A stretch of DNA of 64,000 bases from Salpingoeca rosetta (Eukaryota; Protista; Choanoflagellata). The position numbers and the translations under genes are program-made. Position 1 is the stretch's first letter; each line of letters opens with the position of its first letter. Of the stretch, positions 58,001-64,000 are shown one piece after another. Location: contig JAWQFM010000022.1 of NCBI GenBank assembly GCA_033442325.1, positions 369,797-433,796 on the forward strand, written 5' to 3'. Below the pieces are notes generated by a model, which was not told where the DNA came from, made no database searches, and worked only from the letters and a program-made list of their open reading frames with translations.

Positions 58001-60138
58001 GGGGCGATCCCTGTTTGGTTCCAGGAGAAGGAAGAAGGAGCAGGAGCAAGACCTCAAGCATCACAGCAGTGATGATGACGATGACGAGGATGATGACGAC
58101 TACAGTGACGGCGAGAGTGGCGATGATGATGGCGGAAGGGGCAAGAAGAAGGGCAAGAAGGAAGGCAGCAAGCGGCGGGGACCGCTTGGGTGGCTGTCGC
58201 GATCCAAGCGTGGAAGCAGCCGCAGCAAAGACGCCCGGAAGACGAAGAAGAAGAACGAGCAAGAAGAGGAGGAGAAGCGAGAAGCAGCGGCATCGGAGCG
58301 TGAAGAGAAACAAGTGGAGGCGCATATGGGCGCAGATGCTGCGACACACACCCAGCAGCAGCAGCAGCAGCAGCAGCCGAAGCAGCTGAAGCAGGCAGGC
58401 GGACAGAGTGACGATGACACCACCACAGATGACAGCGACGCACAAGTCGCTGTTGCCGCTGTTGGCGGAGAGCAAGGCGTGGCAGACACCTCCATGAACG
58501 ATTCGATGATTGCGCGCACAAAGGAGGACCTACGAGCAGCGCTGCGTGCGCTCATGCGCCGCTTGCGTGCAGGCGACCTTCGCCTGACGTATCTTGATCT
58601 GGTGTATCCGCAGCACGCAGCCGAGGACATGATGGACGACGTGCAGGAGGTGGTGAGCAAGGCGGCCGCGGGCCTGGACCTGCGGCAGGTGAACCTGGGT
58701 CTGGCGTGCATGGCGCTGTCGTTTGCCGTGCACGAGCTTGGGCCGGACTGGGTGTCGCCTGCGTTTGTGCGGCGCATTGTCGGGCCGAACCCGTCGCTGG
58801 TCGAGACGGCCCTGCTGTCGACGCTGGCGCCTGAAGACGAAGAGATGGTGGCGTCTGTGCTGCAGTTCCTGGGGGAGATCGCCTGTGTCGTGTCGAGGGA
58901 TGCTGGCACGACCAACTTCGACACTGGGTTTGCTGCTGAGAAGAAGAAGAAGAAGCGCCGGTTCCGTCTGCTGCGTCGCCGTCGTCGTGGTCGTGATGGC
59001 GATGGCAGCGGCAGCAAGGGTGCAGATGACGAGCAGCAGCAGCAGCGCATGCGCCAAGGCTCGCTGCTCTCCCCCGTGTTCAGCACGGCGAGCACGGGCG
59101 GTGGGGACGAAATTGAGAGCGACCGCGCATCTGCCGTCTCCTTTGCATCCACGCGCGGAAACGCCCCCGGTCTGGGTGACGCGTGCAACCAGATTGCAAC
59201 AGCGGCCGCGCCGCTGATGTTGCCCGTGGATGAGGTGGCCAGCATAGATGTGGAGGACTTGGACTTTGAGGAGCAAGGCACAGTGTTGTCGCGTGGTCTT
59301 CGCGTTGCCTCAGCGCTCGAGCACCTGCTTAATGTCGCTGGTGGTGCTGACAGCAGCGATGATGACGATGATGATGAGGGTGGCAGCAATGGAGGAGATG
59401 GACTGGGGCCATCACTGACGGCGAGACAGCAGAGCGAGCTGCACGCGCTGTTGACGGACGATTCCATGGCGCTGGTGAATGCTGTGCTGCTGTGCAACAA
59501 CGACGAGTACGATGGACTGGCCGACTGTCTCGTGACGGCGTTTGTGTCCCGCGGTCCGCAGTTTGTGTATGCGCTCATTGATGCGTGTGTGGCCGGCGAG
59601 GTAAAGCAGGCGACAGGCCACAACACCATCCTGCGAAGTCAGACGCGCACGCTGCGTGTGCTCCGTGCACTCTGCCGTGCGCTTGGCAGCGACTACCTCG
59701 GCAAGATCATCACACCAACGCTCGCTGCTGTGCGCACGAGCCCAAGCATGTTTGATCTCACCTCCGACCAGCGTCGCTCGCAGAAGAAGCAGCGTGAAAT
59801 CGAGCGCAACGTGGCGGCGCAGGTGCAGTCGCTGCTGAATCGGCTGTACGAGACGGTGACAGAGGTGCCCGCATTCCTTCGCTACATCCTCTACAAGCTG
59901 CGTGTGGAGAGCAATGTGGTGTTCCCTGAGCTTGACCAAGGTGCTGTGCGTGGATTCTTCTTCCTCCTCTTCATCAGTCCTGCTCTCTGCAACCCCGTCG
60001 ACAACCACATTACCGGTGTGTAGATGATGAATGTGGGTGTGTGCGTAGAAGAGGTTGTGCGTGCGCGCGTGTGTTGGTACGTGTGTGTGCGTGTGTGTGC
60101 GTGTGTTTGTGTTTGTGTGTGCGTGTGTGTGTGTGCGC

Positions 60139-60215
<77 letters not shown>

Positions 60216-61495
60216 TGTGTGCATGTGGATGTGTGCGTGGATGTGTGGATGTCCGTTGTGTTTGTCTTCCGCGTCAACTCACATTTACTCGAATTTCGTT
60301 CGCGCTGTTTGTGCGTGACCTGATGCAATTGCTTGCAAATTCTTGCCAGCGACGCCTCTGAACGACACGCAATCGCAGGCGGTGCTGGTGCTGTCGCAGT
60401 TGCTGACATCATCCAGCAACCATCACGTGTACAGCGCGAATGTGCAGCCGTTCATGGCAGCCTTCAACGAGCTCATTGCCACGAATCAGGACTCGCTCGT
60501 GTCGTTCATGGATGCCGTCAGCATGCCACCCACGTCCACCGAAGTCAACGAATTTGTACGTTGCTTGCGGGATTGCTACAGCTGTTGTTTAAGTTGTTGT
60601 TATGGTGGAGAAAGGATGGTGTCAGAAACCTGATGTGACCGCTGTCACGTGTCAGAACGTGTTACACGCGAGCTCGCTTGTGTTGCATGTATTTGCGTTG
60701 GTGTGTTCAATTCGATCAAGCAGTTTTGACTCGTGTAGAGAGGCACATACTCACATGCTTCAAAATCACACACGTGTGTTTTCATCTTGCAATGTTTTAT
60801 GTGCGTGTTATGCTGTGTGTGTGTGTCATAGGGGGAGACGATGGCGCAGTTGTCGGACGCGTGCGCGGAGTCGCTGCCTGCGTCCATTCGCTACATTGCC
60901 GGATTTGTCAAGCACCACAAGGCGAGCGTGTTTTCTGTCCTGCGCAAGGAGACGGTGCCTGCGTCCCCACAGGCGCGCATTGGCCCACGTGCTGTTCTCA
61001 AGTTTGTCAACCACTGCGTCCTTGAGCACGCGCTGAGCTGTCGTGCTGTTGCTGCGCAGGTCGATCCACAGCAGATTCCCCTGCACACCATCACCAAGGT
61101 GTGTGAGCATGTGTGTGTGTGTGTGTGCTTGTGCTCGTGAGTGAGCATGTGTGTGTGTGCTTGCTTGTCCTCGTGAGTGAGTGTGTGAGTCAGAGAGAGA
61201 GAGAGTGTGTGTGTGTGTGTGTGTGAGTGTGAGAGAGAGTGTGTGTGAGTGATTGAGTGCGTGTTTGTGTCCGTGTGTGTATGCGTGCGTGTTTGTGCCC
61301 GTGTGTGTGAGTTTGCATGTGTGCGTGCGAGTGTACGTGTCTGCGCACTCGTGTTTAGTTTTGTTCCTTTGTGTATGTGTTTGCACTCACCCTTGCCCGC
61401 CCACGTGTTCATCGCCACCGCAGGTGCGTCGCACGTTCTCCGACCGTCTCATGCGCCGAAGCTCAAGCAGAAAGGGGTCTTTCAAAGTCAAGTAG
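48962..61495 (+). CDS. Very large low-complexity scaffold: PDZ + degenerate RhoGAP-like + RasGAP-like domains, multi-exon
   Basis: PDZ ~54510-54775 ([28 protein letters not shown]). RhoGAP-like ~58515-59335. RasGAP ~59430-60530 ([37 protein letters not shown]). Junctions I checked link in frame (e.g. 51741/51985, 53597/53841, 54114, 60016/60350). Inclusion of the 5' exons is less certain. Confidence 0.75.
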
Positions 61496-62058
61496 GGGCA
61501 CAGCGCCATGGAACGCGCCTGCACTGCCCTGGCTGATGCTGGAGGCATGACACTATAGCGTTGGCTTGCTGCAGCCAGTGTGATGATGCGTCGAGTTGGG
61601 ATGAGAGGGATGAATGTTCATACATGTACAAAAGTTGGTCGACTTGTTCTTCACGCCGTTGCTGCTGTACATTCGAGGTTTGGGGAGTGTGAGTGGTGCT
61701 GTAAAAGGTTTCTCAGCTGGCTTTTGTAGCTATTGCACATGCCAGTGATGGTTGTGATTTTTACTTTGATGCAACAGGTCGTGTTTGGTGGTCACTTATC
61801 AAGGCGAGGCGGTGTGTGCGTGTAGGTGTGCTTTGCTTACATGATATGTACATCATTAACAAAAAAAAATGACATTGAAAATAAGAGCGGGGAGGACGCG
61901 GTGAGGGGATGGTGTGTGCCAGAGATGATGCGTATTGCATACGCGTGCGTCTAGTTATACACACGTGTGTGTATATGTGTGTGTGTGGTTTGTGTGTGTG
62001 TGTGTATGTGTGTGTGTGTGCGTGTGTGTGTGTGTGCGTGCGTGCATGTGTGTGTGTG

Positions 62059-62217
62059 TCACGTGCTGAAGAGGTCGTGAAGGAGAGGGATGTTGGCGAT
62101 GAATCGAAGATCAACGCCACAGATCTGCAGCAGGCTTTCATAGCCCATCCTGACGAGGGATGGAAGTAGAAGCGACGTATGAATGTATGACAAGCGGGAA
62201 CGAGAAGTCGTGTATGA

Positions 62218-62272
<55 letters not shown>

Positions 62273-63467
62273 GGGGGAGGTTGCAGCAAACACATGTATG
62301 TGTGTGCGTCGTGCTGATAAGAGAGTTCTGAGCAGCACACCATGTTGCAGGTTGCAGGGTCTTACTGGCGTTTCCCGTTGGTCGAGATCCGCACTCCATT
62401 CAGGAACACGGGGCGCTTGCCCTGTTGTGGTTGAAGAAGTGGCGTTGGAAATACAACGACATGCCACGTGCGCTTCAATAAGCATGCATGACCACAGGCA
62501 TTGCTCTGCTTCAACACCATCATCGCCACCACATCAGCACCAACCACAACACCAGCACCAGCACGAGGACCAAGAATGAAGGCCGACCTTGTTGTAGCAG
62601 TAGAAGAACGAGTCGTGTTTGAGTTTGATGGTGCAGTGCCAGCGGGAAACAGCGGATGTGTGCGGGAAAATGCTCAAGTCAATGTCCACATCGCCCTCAG
62701 AAGACTGGCGACCAATCACAATCTGCACATGTGCATGTGTACACGTGTGTGTATGTGTACACGTGTGTGTACATGTGTGTGTGTGCAGAGGTGAACCACC
62801 GGGACACAGAACAGCCACAAGATCACACCACCAGCACCACCAGCACCACCAGCACCACCTTGACGACCACTGCCAGTGCAGCGCACCTCCTTGTATGTCA
62901 TCTGGAAGGCGAAGTTGTCTGGGCCGATGATAACGGCGAGACTCTGCGGCTCAAACTGGTGCTGGTGATCAGTCGGCAGCGGACACATGTCCACAAGCGT
63001 CTCCATCCCCAGTGCATGCACCCCTGAGTCTGGTGGTGTGCAGTGACACGTGAGGTACGGTGAGTGTGTGGAGTGTGCGTGCGCGAGTGAGTTTGTGTGC
63101 GTGAGTGAGTGTGTGTGTGCGTGAGTGAGTTTGTGTGTGTGAGTGAGTGAGTGAGTGAGTGTGTGTTCGAGTGTATCCGTGGTTGTGATTGTGAGTTTCT
63201 GGTAGTGAGTGGTCGCACACGTTTGCTCCCACGCACCCCTCCCCACATGTCCAACCCCACCCCCTTCCCTTCAGGTCATGCCTCACTTCGCCACGCCTCG
63301 AGTTGCGCCTCGAGCATGCGTATCTTCGTCTTCTCCTTCTGGTCCATCCGCTCCAGCTCCCGCCGCAGCGCTGCGCTCGGCGCCGTCCCTGCACGACAAA
63401 GTGGTGGTGGTGGTGGTGGTGGTGGTGGTGGTGGTGGTGGTGAGGATGGGCAAGATGTGAATGTTGC

Positions 63468-63548
<81 letters not shown>

Positions 63549-63898
63549 TAATGTGGTGCTGCTTGCCAAAGCAACGACAGGACGACACGTCCTCGAAGAC
63601 AAGAAAACATACGCGCACGCGCACACGCAGACATGCGCCAGTGCTGCGGACCTGCTTTGCCTTCGTCGACCGTTCGCACGACCTCTTCGTGCACTTCTGC
63701 AAACTCCGGCGCATCGCTGGTGGCGCGCAGTGCATTTGTGTTTGTTTGCGTTGAGCGTGCGTGTGTTTGTGTCATGAGAGTTGGAAGGTGGACAGGGCGT
63801 GATGGTATGAATGTGAGGTTTTGTGAGGCACACACACATACAGAGAGACACACAGACACACACGCACACGCACACGCACACGCAGGCGCACGAGGACC

Positions 63899-63997
<99 letters not shown>

Positions 63998-64000
63998 AAT
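62059..64000 (-). CDS. MCRS1: Microspherule protein 1 (FHA domain; INO80/NSL subunit), 3' part; 5' end beyond the window
   Basis: Coiled coil LRRELERMDQKEKTKIRMLEAQLEAW, SLAVIIG, and FHA IVIGRQS..VDIDLS..SAVSRWHCTIKLK..FYCYNK|GKRPVFLNG..|SLLQICGVDLRFIAN. The order matches the MCRS1 C-terminus. Confidence 0.82.
63898..63996. repeat. (CAA)n trinucleotide microsatellite
   Basis: Direct tandem caa array. Confidence 0.95.

Noticed and set aside
61570-61725. Possible C/D snoRNA (GTGATGA inside a gccag..ctggc stem)
   Set aside because: There is no box D CTGA at the proper 3' position on the same strand; this is probably 3' UTR.

Overview
This is eukaryotic, intron-rich DNA whose introns and spacers are packed with (CA)n/(TG)n, (TCAC)n and (CAA)n microsatellites. 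The gene content (Csk, bZIP, PDZ/RasGAP) and repeat style suggest a unicellular holozoan, probably a choanoflagellate such as Salpingoeca rosetta; this is an inference. Twelve protein genes can be reconstructed by hand-splicing: (1) a SETMAR/SUV39-like methyltransferase; (2) a secreted PLB1-like GDSL lipase; (3) a giant (~5,200 aa) single-pass surface protein with ~57 Bacteroidetes-style Ig/HYR-like repeats followed by TSP1, SEA, TM and a Pro-rich tail; (4) Csk; (5) an EBS/SHL/EPR-1-like BAH-PHD histone reader; (6) an SLC38-like amino-acid transporter; (7) a very divergent INTS14-like protein; (8) an intronless plant-type GH32 with an inserted PAN/Apple domain; (9) a bZIP factor, head-to-head with the GH32; (10) a PhnB-like VOC protein; (11) a very large PDZ + degenerate RhoGAP + RasGAP-like scaffold; (12) the 3' part of MCRS1. 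There is one 100-N assembly gap, inside the repeat gene. I recognised no tRNA, rRNA, CRISPR array or clear transposon. All homology calls come from remembered motifs, not from database searches.
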